A DNA stretch of 63,655 nt, the filler included, from Octopus bimaculoides (taxonomy: Eukaryota), in assembly GCF_001194135.2 (NCBI RefSeq). It is 4 parts of 4 records of this genome, joined end to end, with 100 filler letters (N's around TTAATTAATTAA, not from the genome) between each part and the next. Parts side by side here need not be neighbours in the genome. Positions count along the whole stretch, not along the records: positions 1 to 20,560 come from NC_068981.1; positions 20,661 to 41,474 come from NC_068983.1; 2 more parts are not named here. One strand, written 5' to 3'. Below the pieces are notes generated by a model. The model saw nothing but the letters and a program-made list of their open reading frames with translations, did not search any database and was not told the origin of the DNA. A program made the translations under genes and the position numbers. This document shows, piece by piece, positions 12,231-23,408 of this stretch; within the stretch, counting starts at the first letter, position 1; each line of letters opens with the position of its first letter.

Positions 12231-12272
<42 letters not shown>

Positions 12273-12689
12273 GGAGAGTATTGTAGTTCGCTTGAAGCAT
12301 TATGTATCATTTGTAAAGAATAAAAAGTTTTGAATGGTACAACAATGCACTATAATACAAAAAATGGACTATATACCTGTTGTAATTTAGTTATCCATAG
12401 TCCAATGATATTACGGAATACAATTCCTTCTTCAGATATTCTTAGATGGAGTTGCTGCTATAATCTGTTTTCCAACAGCTTTTCTTTATTCAGAAGCATC
12501 TCAGCAGTGGTCTCATGAAGCTCCTTCCAGAATTCCTCATGAGAAGTATGTGAGGTTGGCTATGTCTCAATCTCGTGTGTGTTGGTACATCTGTAGCGCT
12601 GCTTCTAAGTTATGTATTATAGATGCAGCTTCCTCTTTTTTTTTTCTCTTTTTTTTTTGTTATAAACAATAGATGAGCATATCAAAAAT

Positions 12690-13330
12690 GAACCTACATG
12701 CATCTAGATGTAGCTAAATAATATATTGATTACCAGCTTCCATCCTGTTGTTAATTTGGGGTCCTAGTCTGTGTATGAGTATAGCTTCCTTAATTCTTAA
12801 ATTACCCAAATTTCTTTCATTGGCCTCAATTGTGACTGTTATGCTTTTGTCGGTGTTCCGGCATCTGTCTAGATGTTTTCTGAAGGAGGAGGCTCTTGTG
12901 TTCAGATGTTATTTAATGCGGACGTGTAATGGTCTTGTTGTGCTACCCACATAGAACTTGTTGCATTTGTTACATTGTATTCTATACACAACGTTTACCT
13001 GTTGGCATAAATCTGTGTCACGAATGCATTGATTGTTGTCCCTTATTTGTTTCTTTGCGAGGTGTCTTCTCAGAGAGGGGCCGGAGTGGGCTAGTTGTAT
13101 GTTTAGCCCTTCTCTTCGTATGGTTCTTCGGATGGCTGTAGTTATCCTCTCGTTAAAATGGGGTATTCTAAGAAGGTATATGTTGCTGGGTTTTTTATGT
13201 GTTTGGCGTGTTGGTCATCTTGGGTACTTAAGCCAATTTACAATGGATCTAGGATACCCGTTGGTTTTCAATATATCTAGGAAGCGTGTAGTGTGGGTCG
13301 AGCAAAAATATAAATACATACTAAAATGCA
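12690..13330 (-). mobile_element. Penelope-like element C-terminus with GIY-YIG endonuclease (decayed)
   Basis: Minus frame DTDLCQQVNVVYRIQCNKCNKFYVGSTTRPLHVRIK*HL. Confidence 0.8.
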
Positions 13331-13479
13331 ATCATGTGCAAAAGTAAAAATAACTGTAAAAGTCTAGAAAGTCCTAAGCTTTAGAACAGGAAAATTAAGA
13401 ATGAAAATGATAAAAATCATGACTGTTATAATGCAGCTTCCCATATAAACTTGAACAAAGTAGATTGTTCTGTTAATAG

Positions 13480-13486
13480 TAGCATC

Positions 13487-13524
<38 letters not shown>

Positions 13525-13601
13525 TGATGATGATGATGATGACAACAACAACAACATTAAAAATAGTATTAATAATGATACTCATGATAACAATTCTTAT
13601 G

Positions 13602-13659
<58 letters not shown>

Positions 13660-13700
13660 CAACAATAATAATGCTAATGCTAATATGAATATTTGTGGTA
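13480..13700. repeat. (AAT)n/(GAT)n/(AAC)n microsatellites
   Basis: Directly visible; explains the poly-Asn ORF 13451-14149. Confidence 0.95.
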
Positions 13701-13939
13701 ATAGTGATAGTAGTAATATGTGCATAAAGAAGTTCTTGAGGAAAAAGAAAAAGATTAGCAATTGTACCATTATTACCACTGAAATTACTAGTTCTGTGAT
13801 TGATATTTGTAATACTGACAGACTTGTGTTAAATATTAACAATAATAATGAGTGTAATGATAAATTTGCCAACATTAATGTTACTTATATGAATCGTATT
13901 AATATCAGTAATGGTAATGATAAATTTAATAACACTGCA

Positions 13940-14340
13940 AGTAAGCAAAGCGGCACTGATTATCTTGATAGCACCATTAAAACATACAAATTTAAATTTC
14001 GCAAATACAAAAGTTGGTGGAACTCAAACAATGATGCCATAATCTGGTCAGCCAATATCAATATAAAATTTCTAAAAAGTTATTTGCCTCTTTTGAGAAC
14101 CGCTCTCCATGCAATAAATCTTCCCATATCTTTAATAAATGTAATATAAGAATTTCATTCTCAACTTTACCTAACCTAGAGAGCATTATAGCAGGTAAAA
14201 ATAGGTGTAATATCGACATAGCCAGTCACAAGGCAAATAGTAAGAGCAACAACAACTACAACAACACAACAACAACAACAACGATAATAATAATAACTAG
14301 ACGACTCATGACCTGTTGGATCACCGGAAAACAAAGAGTT
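13940..14340 (+). mobile_element. Highly decayed Penelope (Neptune-like) GIY-YIG and 3' end
   Basis: YLDSTIKTYKFKFRKYKSWWNS..IIWS..NIKFLKSYLP loosely resembles YIGST..FKxRyxNHKSSF..YIW; followed by a degenerate hammerhead-like CTCATGA..GAAA. Confidence 0.4.
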
Positions 14341-14372
14341 TCCTAGCAACAGAGTTTTGTTTCATGGGTTGG

Positions 14373-14491
14373 AAAGATTTGGCTGCTATTTCTTGCATGC
14401 CCTGCTACCACGTAGCATACATTTCGGGTCCTTTATTGCAAATAGCTGTTACGTGGTAGTAGGGCTTGCTAGAAATAGCAGCCAAATCTTT
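14373..14491. repeat. Hairpin MITE, 45-bp arms (41/45 matched)
   Basis: aaagatttggctgctatttct..ctaccacgta.ca inverted; the same gatttggctgctatttctagca motif recurs near 6230, 22975, 25780, 32300. Confidence 0.85.
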
Positions 14492-15198
14492 GGAGGGGAT
14501 ATACGTTGAACACACTTGAAAAAAACTATTTCACACTGAGGTTACGAACGGGTCTTTTACAAAATATCTACTGTATTTTTAAATCCATTTTCTCTTTAGA
14601 ATATTTTTTAAATACGCCAAAAAAATTTTTGTATTGGTATTCTCTTGAAAATAATTAAAAAAAACATTCAAGTATTGTCTGTTTAAAGAAAGCTAAAGTA
14701 TACATATTTACTGTACAAACAGCTTACATTTTTGAAATCACATTCACTTTAAAATATTTGTAAATGATTAAAATATTGTGTTTAGCAATAGTGAAAATAG
14801 AAATTGAAAAAAGAAAAAAGTCATTTTGTTTTTTGTTGTCAACTCACTGTCTAATAGAAAGATAAGAGTTTCTTCCCTTCCAGGAGGAAGATTATTTTCA
14901 GAACATTTTCCCATTATGCACTGTTTTGGGTATTTATATCTCTGATATCTTGAAAACTACTTAATCGATTTACATGAAACTTGTTTCATTCGATTCATAT
15001 TAACATTTCAGGGTAAACTTAATTTATGGCATTTGCCCATTATGTGCCAGTTTCACTGAGTAGCAATACAAGCAAGCAAGCAATATTGAAACTGACTTTA
15101 ATTAATGTATTATAGATTATGACTGTAACAACAATGCTAGTGATAATATTTTGGTAATGATAACTATAATAAAAATAAGAATGACAATAATAATAATA

Positions 15199-15620
15199 AT
15201 CATCATCATCATCATTGTTTAACGTCCGCTTTCCATGCTAGCATGGGTTGGACGATTTGACTGAGGACTGGTGAAACCAGATGGCTACACCAGGCTCCAA
15301 TCTGATTTGGCAGAGTTTCTACAGCTGGATGCTCTTCCTAATGCCAACCACTCCGAGAGCGTAGTGGGTGCTTTTATGTGCCACCAGCACAAGGGCCAGT
15401 CACATAGTACTGGCAACGGCCTTGCTCAAAAAGGTGTTTTTTACATGCCACCAGTCCAGCAGCACTGGCAACGACCTCGCTTGAATAATTTTCTAACGTG
15501 CCACCAGCACAAGTGCTAGAAGGCGACTCTGGTAATGATTACGCTCAAATGGTGCTATTTACGGGCCACTAGCATGGAAGCCAGACAACTTCTCTGGCGA
15601 TGAACATGCTCGGACAGTGC
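15199..15620 (-). mobile_element. RTE-tailed repeat, inverted relative to the 4575-4882 copy
   Basis: Both copies give the same spurious ORF start MKPDGYTRLQSDLAEFLQLDALPNANHSES. Confidence 0.75.
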
Positions 15621-16936
15621 TGAGGCACAAGGCCTTGAAAATTTTGGAGGAAGGGGGCTAGTTGATTACATTGATCTCAGTGTGAAACTGGTACTTATTT
15701 TATCGAGCCCGAAAGGATGAACGATAAAGTCGACCTCAGCAGAATTTGAACTCAGAACATAGCGCCAGACAAAATACCACTAAGCATTTCATCTGGCATG
15801 TTAACAGTTCTGCCAGCTCACCACCCTCATGATAATAATAATAATAATAACAATCCTTTCTACTAAAGGCACAAGGCCTAAAATTTGACAGGGGAAACTA
15901 GTCAATTACATTGACTCCTGTGTTTCACTGGTACTTAATTTATTGACCCTGAAAGGATGAAAGCCAAAGTCAACCTCGACGGATTTAGAAGTCAAAACAC
16001 AGCAGACGAAATACCACTAAGCATTTTGCCCAGTCTGCTAAGGATTCTGCCAGCTCATCGCCTAATGATGATGATGATGATGCTGATGATGATGATGATG
16101 ATGATGGTGGTGATGGTGGCGGTGGTGGTGGCAGCAAGAACAATAATAAAAATATTTGCAACCTTTATGTAGAAAGCCATAGCAATAGTAGTAACGATTG
16201 TGTCATAATAGTGGTGACTCTGTCAGTCAAGTAGCCAACATTAGCTGTCATGATACTGTCTGTAAGCTGACTACTTCAACCACTGTCTACCACCTCTATA
16301 TGTAGCAGTACTAGCCACCCTAGTAGTGTCAGCAGCGGCTATGAAAACATAAACCTTAATCCTGATAATGATGCAACCAATCCAGATAACATCTGCATCG
16401 GTTCTGATATAAATGAAGATTATGTAGCTATTAATAATTTGTTCAAGCAGATTTTCTACAGCTGGATGCTCTTCCTGTTGATAACCCTTGCATATTTCTA
16501 TTTCCAGGTGATGTAATATTTTCCTATGGCCAGAAGATTGGAGAACTGGAAATGGACTGCAATGCTTGTTGGACAGTGAGGCACATTTTACAAATATATA
16601 ACTATAAATGGCACTCCATCAGTGGCACAAAATTTGAAATGCAGGTACAACTCATTTTTGCTAACTGAGTGGACTAGAACAACATGAAATAGAGTGTCTT
16701 GCTCAAGGATACAATGTACCACCAGGAACTAAACTTATGACTGCACAATCATGAGCTGGATACTTTAACCACTAAGCCACATGTTTTGCACAAATATCAT
16801 ACAATATCAAAAGAAGAGGATAAAAGAATCCCACATCCCACACATATATACAAATGTGTGTGTATGTTTGTGTGAGTGTGTGTGTGTGTGAGTGTGTGTG
16901 TGTGTGAGTGTGCTTGTGTGTGTGTGTGTGTGTGTG

Positions 16937-16975
<39 letters not shown>

Positions 16976-17353
16976 GCAACCTGCACAAATGATTTGTTTG
17001 TTGTGATTGAATGTTTGTGCTTCATGTTAGCTCACTCCCTTCATTGAATCAACATTGTCTGAACAGATGCGCAGTGCACCACATGTTAGGTATCAAAGTG
17101 ACTGTAGAGCAACATGGAACCCTTGTCATAACTGAAGGAGTGCCAGTTATAGTTATATATTTGTAAAATGTGCCTCACTGTCCAACAAGCAGTGCAGTCC
17201 ATTTCCAGTCCTCCAATCTTCTGGCCATAGGAAAATATTACATTACCTTGAAATAGAAATAGGCAAGGGTTGTCAACAGGAAGAGCATCCAGCTGTAGAA
17301 AATCTGCTTGAACAAATTATAACTGTTTTTATTATAACTGAACATAAAAACAA

Positions 17354-17402
<49 letters not shown>

Positions 17403-18333
17403 TATTGCTTGTTTTTATGTTCAGTTATAACAAAAACAATTTTACATCAATCTGGTGGGTTATCTATATTTTTGTAGAGTAAAATGCATCACAGTCCAAC
17501 AACGGCTTAACTGGCTGAAACTTCGTAGTCACTGTCAACAATATTCTTTTATAAGAATAATATATATATATATGTGATGGGATTCTTTTAGTTTCTATCA
17601 ATCTTGTCCACTTACAAGGCTTTCATCAATCGAGGCCTCACAAAAGACATTTACCCAAAGTGCCAAACATTAGGACTGAACCTGAAATAATGTAGTTGGG
17701 AAGCAAACTTGCTAATTACACACACACAGACACACATGTACACACACACACATAAACACGTATACACACACACACTACAGCCATACATACATACATTCAT
17801 ACACACACACATACATACACATGCAAACACACACAAATACATAGACACACATGCACACACACGTGCACACACCCACACACACACGTTTATGAACCTAAAT
17901 TCAGGACAGAAAACCAGCAGAATAATCATTTCTGGAGGACTCAAATGTTATCCCAGGAAAGTTGGTTAATGGTTGTATCTGAGAAATGACAGGAGTGCTT
18001 TAGTGTAACCAATAACATAGATGTCTAAATGGAATTCAGTTGAGACAAATTTTCAGTCCCATAGGAGAGCCTATCCTCTTCATTTTTGTCATAAATTATT
18101 TATTTATTCATTTATTTATTATTGTTGTGTGGTTAAGAAGCTCACTTTACAACCCTGTGGATTTAGGTTCAGTCCCATTGCACAGCATCTTGGGTAAATG
18201 TCATCTTTTAGAGCCTCTTCTGCTGACCAATGCCTTGCAAGCACATTTCACTATGAAACTGTGTGGAAGTCTGGTGTGTGTGTGTATGGTGTGGGTGCGC
18301 ATATATACACACACATATGCATATGTATACGTG

Positions 18334-18364
<31 letters not shown>

Positions 18365-18380
18365 ACACACACACACACAT

Positions 18381-18479
<99 letters not shown>

Positions 18480-19956
18480 TATATATACACATTTATATGT
18501 ATATGTGTGTGTGAGTCATTGTGTAAATGTTTGTCCTCCTACTATTGTTTGATAACCAGTATCGGTTTGCTGCATCCTTCTCTATCTAAACTGCAAAAGC
18601 ATGATTTTCTGTTCATCCACATATAAAAGAAAATATGTGATTGGTTATCTACAGACTACATCATGATTATAGATGTTAGAACTTACCCCATCAGTACTTC
18701 CTATTACTATGACCTGCAGTGTTTACCATACCCAACTTTACATAAAAAATACATATAAATATACACATACATATCCATACATGGATTTAGATTGGTTGCA
18801 TGCCCCTTATCCTCTCTACTTGTACTCACATCAACCCTACAATGCCAGCACCCAAACTCTACTTTGCAGGCAGTTATCTCTCACTTAGGGCTTTTGAGTA
18901 AGGGCCATAACTCTTCATGAATTCTCCTCTGAACTTTATCCATTCCATTGTTTTCACAGCATCCACAAACCAGGTGTGACACTTACTGACTTCAAGTAGC
19001 AAAGAGCCATCACTATACATTCCATACCAGCTCTTCTGATAAGCACTCAATTATTTAATTTATGGGCAAAACTGATTGGTAAAATTGGTTGAAATGGATC
19101 TATAATATTTATAGTATCTACCAATTATATATATTAATATACCAATTCTGTTTACAAATACACAAGTGTCTGTTAGTTTTGATTTATGGTTTCTTAAACG
19201 ACTGTGTGCATATATTCAACCACAGTTGTGGTTGAATATATTTTTAAGTCCACCATTTCGTCAATCGCAGCAGCTTCCAAGCTTCACCACTAATTCAGTT
19301 CTGAACTAAATTGCAAACTGTTAACAGTTTTAAAGAGGACGCCTCCTCCACTATACCTTGGCATAAATAGTTTGAGATTTGGTTCAGTAGGAAAATGTTA
19401 TGAGGTGAAATGTAATGAAATTTATTGTCAGTAAATGAGGAAGTAAGAAGTAACACCTCAAGCTATAATGTTAAGATAAGAATATATTTCTTAAATGAAT
19501 ACTTACATTCTAATGTGATAAGTTGGCAGAAACGTTAGCATGCTGGGTAAAATGCTTAGCGGTATTTAGTCTGTCTTTTTGTTCTGAAGTCGACTTTACC
19601 TTTCGTATATTTTATTTCTTTTAATTAAGTATTTGATAAAGTTATTATTTTTAATATACTGTTGAATTAGGGTAAGTTTAACTTTTATTATTAATTCTCT
19701 CTTTCAGCTTTAATTAACTTGCTTTTTTTGCTTTTCCTTTTTAGTTGCTTTCCTTAATTAATTAATCAGGCTAGTTCATTAATGTATTATATGTTTCATA
19801 TATGTGCATCTAAATTTATTGAGGTAGGAATATAGTCATTTTTGGCTGTCTCTATGGGCAGACCTGAATTAGTATTAAGGCTGTCCAGAAAAGGCATTGG
19901 TTAAAAGTGCTTATATTCTAAATTTACTTTTTAAATTTCAAAATTAATTACTCTTT

Positions 19957-20158
19957 TACTTGTTTCAGTCATTTGACTGTGGCCATGCTGGAGCACCGCC
20001 TTTAGTCGAGCAAATCGACCCCAGGACTTATTTTTTGTAAGCCTAGTACTTATTCTATTGGTCTCTTTTGCCGAACCACTAAGTTACGGGGACGTAAACA
20101 CAACCAACTGGTTGTCAAGCGATGTTGGGGGGACAAACAGAGACACACAAACATGTAT

Positions 20159-20160
<2 letters not shown>
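19957..20160 (-). mobile_element. SINE type 1, 3' half
   Basis: ctcttttacttgtttcagtcatttgactgtggccatgctggagcaccgcc...; equivalent copies at 41195-41474, 57520-57890, 58118-58330, 59915-60130 (minus), plus partial copies near 9590, 17580, 18130, 30650, 48405. Confidence 0.85.
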
Positions 20161-20189
<29 letters not shown>

Positions 20190-20209
20190 CACACATATAT
20201 ATATACATA

Positions 20210-20247
<38 letters not shown>

Positions 20248-20526
20248 ACATAAATAATATATAAATATATGCATATATCCATACATATATATATATATGT
20301 ACATAGCTACATCTATATGTATACATACATGCATATATGGGTACAGGACATCACAAAAAGCGTTAAACACAATGAGAAACGAAAACAAAGAAGAAGGCTA
20401 GAAAACGAACTTTTTCGAACAATGAAAAAAACAAACAGAGAAACGAGACATGCAACATAAAGAATATTTCCCTTCTTCAGTTGTCCCTGTTCCATCTACT
20501 CCGAGTTTTGAAGGCAAGATATATAC

Positions 20527-20560
<34 letters not shown>

Positions 20561-20660
20561 NNNNNNNNNNNNNNNNNNNNNNNNNNNNNNNNNNNNNNNN
20601 NNNNTTAATTAATTAANNNNNNNNNNNNNNNNNNNNNNNNNNNNNNNNNNNNNNNNNNNN
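20561..20660. other. Artificial scaffold join: 44 N + TTAATTAATTAA + 44 N (also 41475-41574 and 46902-47001)
   Basis: Identical 100-bp layout three times; the linker has stops in all six frames. Confidence 0.97.
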
Positions 20661-20689
20661 ATACATAAACATACATGAGACATCATGCT

Positions 20690-20905
20690 GTACTTCATCA
20701 CATCTTGAGATCATTTATACCAACGAAATGTACCTCTTATGATATGCGTACATTTCAGAGCATTATTCTTTACTTTATTAATCAATTTATCCTTAGAGAA
20801 GAGTATGTGGTACAGTTCCACCGTACAGAGCGAACAATACTTTCTTCCTCTCTCATATGGCATTAATCTAGCTATTATAGACCATTCTAATGAATACTGT
20901 TTATT
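20690..20905 (-). mobile_element. Penelope (Neptune-like) endonuclease C-terminal fragment
   Basis: KQYSLEWSIIARLMPYERGRKYCSLCTVELYHILFSKDKLINKVKNNALKCTH resembles the W.II...PY....C.LC..E...IL....LLNK....KC.H tail. Confidence 0.75.
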
Positions 20906-20928
20906 ACTATCCTCTGGAAAAAAATTAT

Positions 20929-20968
<40 letters not shown>

Positions 20969-21107
20969 AGACTGATAATTATTAATTCAATAAGAATAAC
21001 CATATTTCCATTTGTATTAATCAAAATTAGTGTAAATAAATGCTGTAAAGGTGAGGCAGGAGTATTGGAATGATCATAGAAATAAGGAATTTTATTTCTT
21101 TTTCCAG

Positions 21108-21289
21108 GACCCAAAACAACAGCTGAAAAATTCTTTGATTGCTCCCCCAAAGAGTTCAATGCCATTTCATTGGCCTCGTGTTGATTTTGATCCACTTCTT
21201 TGTGTGAAGGTTCTTGATGACTCTAAGGTCTTTTGCTGGTCTGGAGGTTTTAGGATTGATAAAGTGGATTCCTTTCATATTAACATAAG
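21108..21289 (+). CDS. VPS13D: VPS13D exon a (DPKQQLKNSLIAPPKSSMPFHWPRVDFDPLLCVKVLDDSKVFCWSGGFRIDKVDSFHINIR)
   Basis: ttttccag acceptor, AG|gtaaaa donor; 182 nt. Confidence 0.93.
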
Positions 21290-21542
21290 GTAAAAACTTC
21301 TTGTTCACCTTTCATTCTATAAAATAAAATTTAAAAAACGAAAAAAAAAATGAAGAGAGATAGATAACATCCAGGCGCAGGAGTGGCTGCGTGGTAAGTA
21401 GCTTGCCTACGAACCACATGGTTCCGGGTTCATTCCCACTGCGTGGCACCTTGGGCAAGTGTCTTCTACTATAGCCTCGGGCCGACCAAAGCCTGGTGAG
21501 TGGATTTGGTAGACGGAAACTGAAAGAAGCCCGTCGTATATA

Positions 21543-21608
<66 letters not shown>

Positions 21609-23326
21609 TATGTGTGTGTGTTTGTATGTCTGTGTTTGTCCCCCCCCAGCATCGCTTGACAACCGATGCTGGTGTGTTTACGTTCCCGTAACTTAGCGGT
21701 TTGGCAGAAGAGACCGATAGAATAAGTACTAGGCTTACAAAGAATAAGTCCTGGGGTTGATTTGCTCGACTAAAGGCGGTGCTCCAGCATGGCCGCAGTC
21801 AATTGACTGAAACAAGTAAAAGAGAGAACGAGAGAGTGTTTAGTCCATTAAATTTTACCCCTTGCATAAAGAATAGTCATTGATGATTATTTATTGATAT
21901 GTCTAAATATTCTCTGTCCTGTAAGTTGTATTTCTTTGATTAATATCCTGCTGTTGACTTTTGTTCTAGAGATGAACATGGCAATTCCTTACTGCTGAAA
22001 GTAGAAGTCATTCTTTTAGGGCCTACGCTTCATGTGCTGTTCTACAACTCTGATGATATGCCACCACCTTTCCGGATTGATAATTACTCATTAGTAAGTC
22101 CTTATCAAATTTTTTTCTATTTGCAAAATATATCTACCTTCAGCATCATTTCTTTTACAAAATTTTACTCCTATTCTCAGTATACAAATCCCCCCCCCCT
22201 CCCTCTCAGCTTGAAATATCACTTAAATGTTTCTTCCTTAATATATAAATGTGTTCTCAGTAATTATTAACTCAGCTAATAATGTCACCCATATATATAA
22301 CAAATACATGAGCTACAAGAAGCTGACTTGATGGGTATCAGCCTTCCGCGCATTGTGTTGTTTTATTTATTTATTTTGTGCATACTAGCATTGATGTTGC
22401 ACAACATTGAAACTCCTTTTATAAAGGGAGTTCCATAGGAGATACAGCATATAAGTGACTGGCGCACTGTATATTTGTTGATGGTTTGTTTGCTTTGATA
22501 TATGGATAAACTTCGTGCATTTTTTATGACTTATTCAGAGAAGAAAGGCTTCCAAGACTAGTAATAAGAAAGGATGATGTTATCTTCAGCATAGAGACCT
22601 AGACTGAATACTTTAGAGTAGACTCTGCTACAGGCACCCAAGGACCAACTGGTGGTGTTACATTTAGGCAATGGATTAAGTCTATCATCACCCAACAACA
22701 GGAATGGTCCTTTTGATTGGTTTCCATGATTTCCATCTGCTAAGTTTCACTTGCAATGCTTTGGCCAACTCAAGGCTTTGTTAGAAGATATTCTGTCAGG
22801 ATGCCATTCAATGGAGCGGATCTAAAGTCATGAGGAACAAAGCAAACTTCTTAGCCTGGTGAAGACAGGAATGGCTGTATGGTTGATTTTCCTAGATTAG
22901 TATGTGGAAAAGAGAAAAAGAAAATTTGATGCTCTACTAACTGAACTAGATTTGTAGTTATTTTGACTTGCTAGAAATACCAGCTAAATCTCTCTCAACT
23001 CATCTTAAACAATGGAAGCATATATTGGATAATGTATTGTTTGAACAAAAGGCAATGGTCACTGCTAGTATGCCTTTGATCACAGGTCTTCTTGATCAGG
23101 GCTGACCTGTGGCTGAAATGAGTTTTCCATGACACCCCACCAATCCAATGTGGGATATTCATAGAAATTAACAGGATCTGTTTCTTTCATAATTTATAAA
23201 GCTTCAGTATTTTAGTTAATGTAAGGTTGGTTTTCTTTTTTTTTTTTTGCCTCTCCCTCTCTCTCTCTCTCTCTCTCTNNNNNNNNNNNNNNNNNNNNNN
23301 NNNNNNNNNNNNNNNNNNNNNNNNNN

Positions 23327-23408
<82 letters not shown>

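Noticed and set aside
13451-14149. 232-aa Asn-rich ORF
   Set aside because: Built from (AAT)n/(GAT)n microsatellites plus a decayed Penelope remnant; no splice or domain evidence
16300-16450. SSGYENINLNPDND... tyrosine-motif-like peptide
   Set aside because: Short frame bounded by stops, no splice sites, low complexity
21375-21450. tRNA-like A/B boxes as a tRNA gene
   Set aside because: SINE head; no complete cloverleaf and continues into the SINE body
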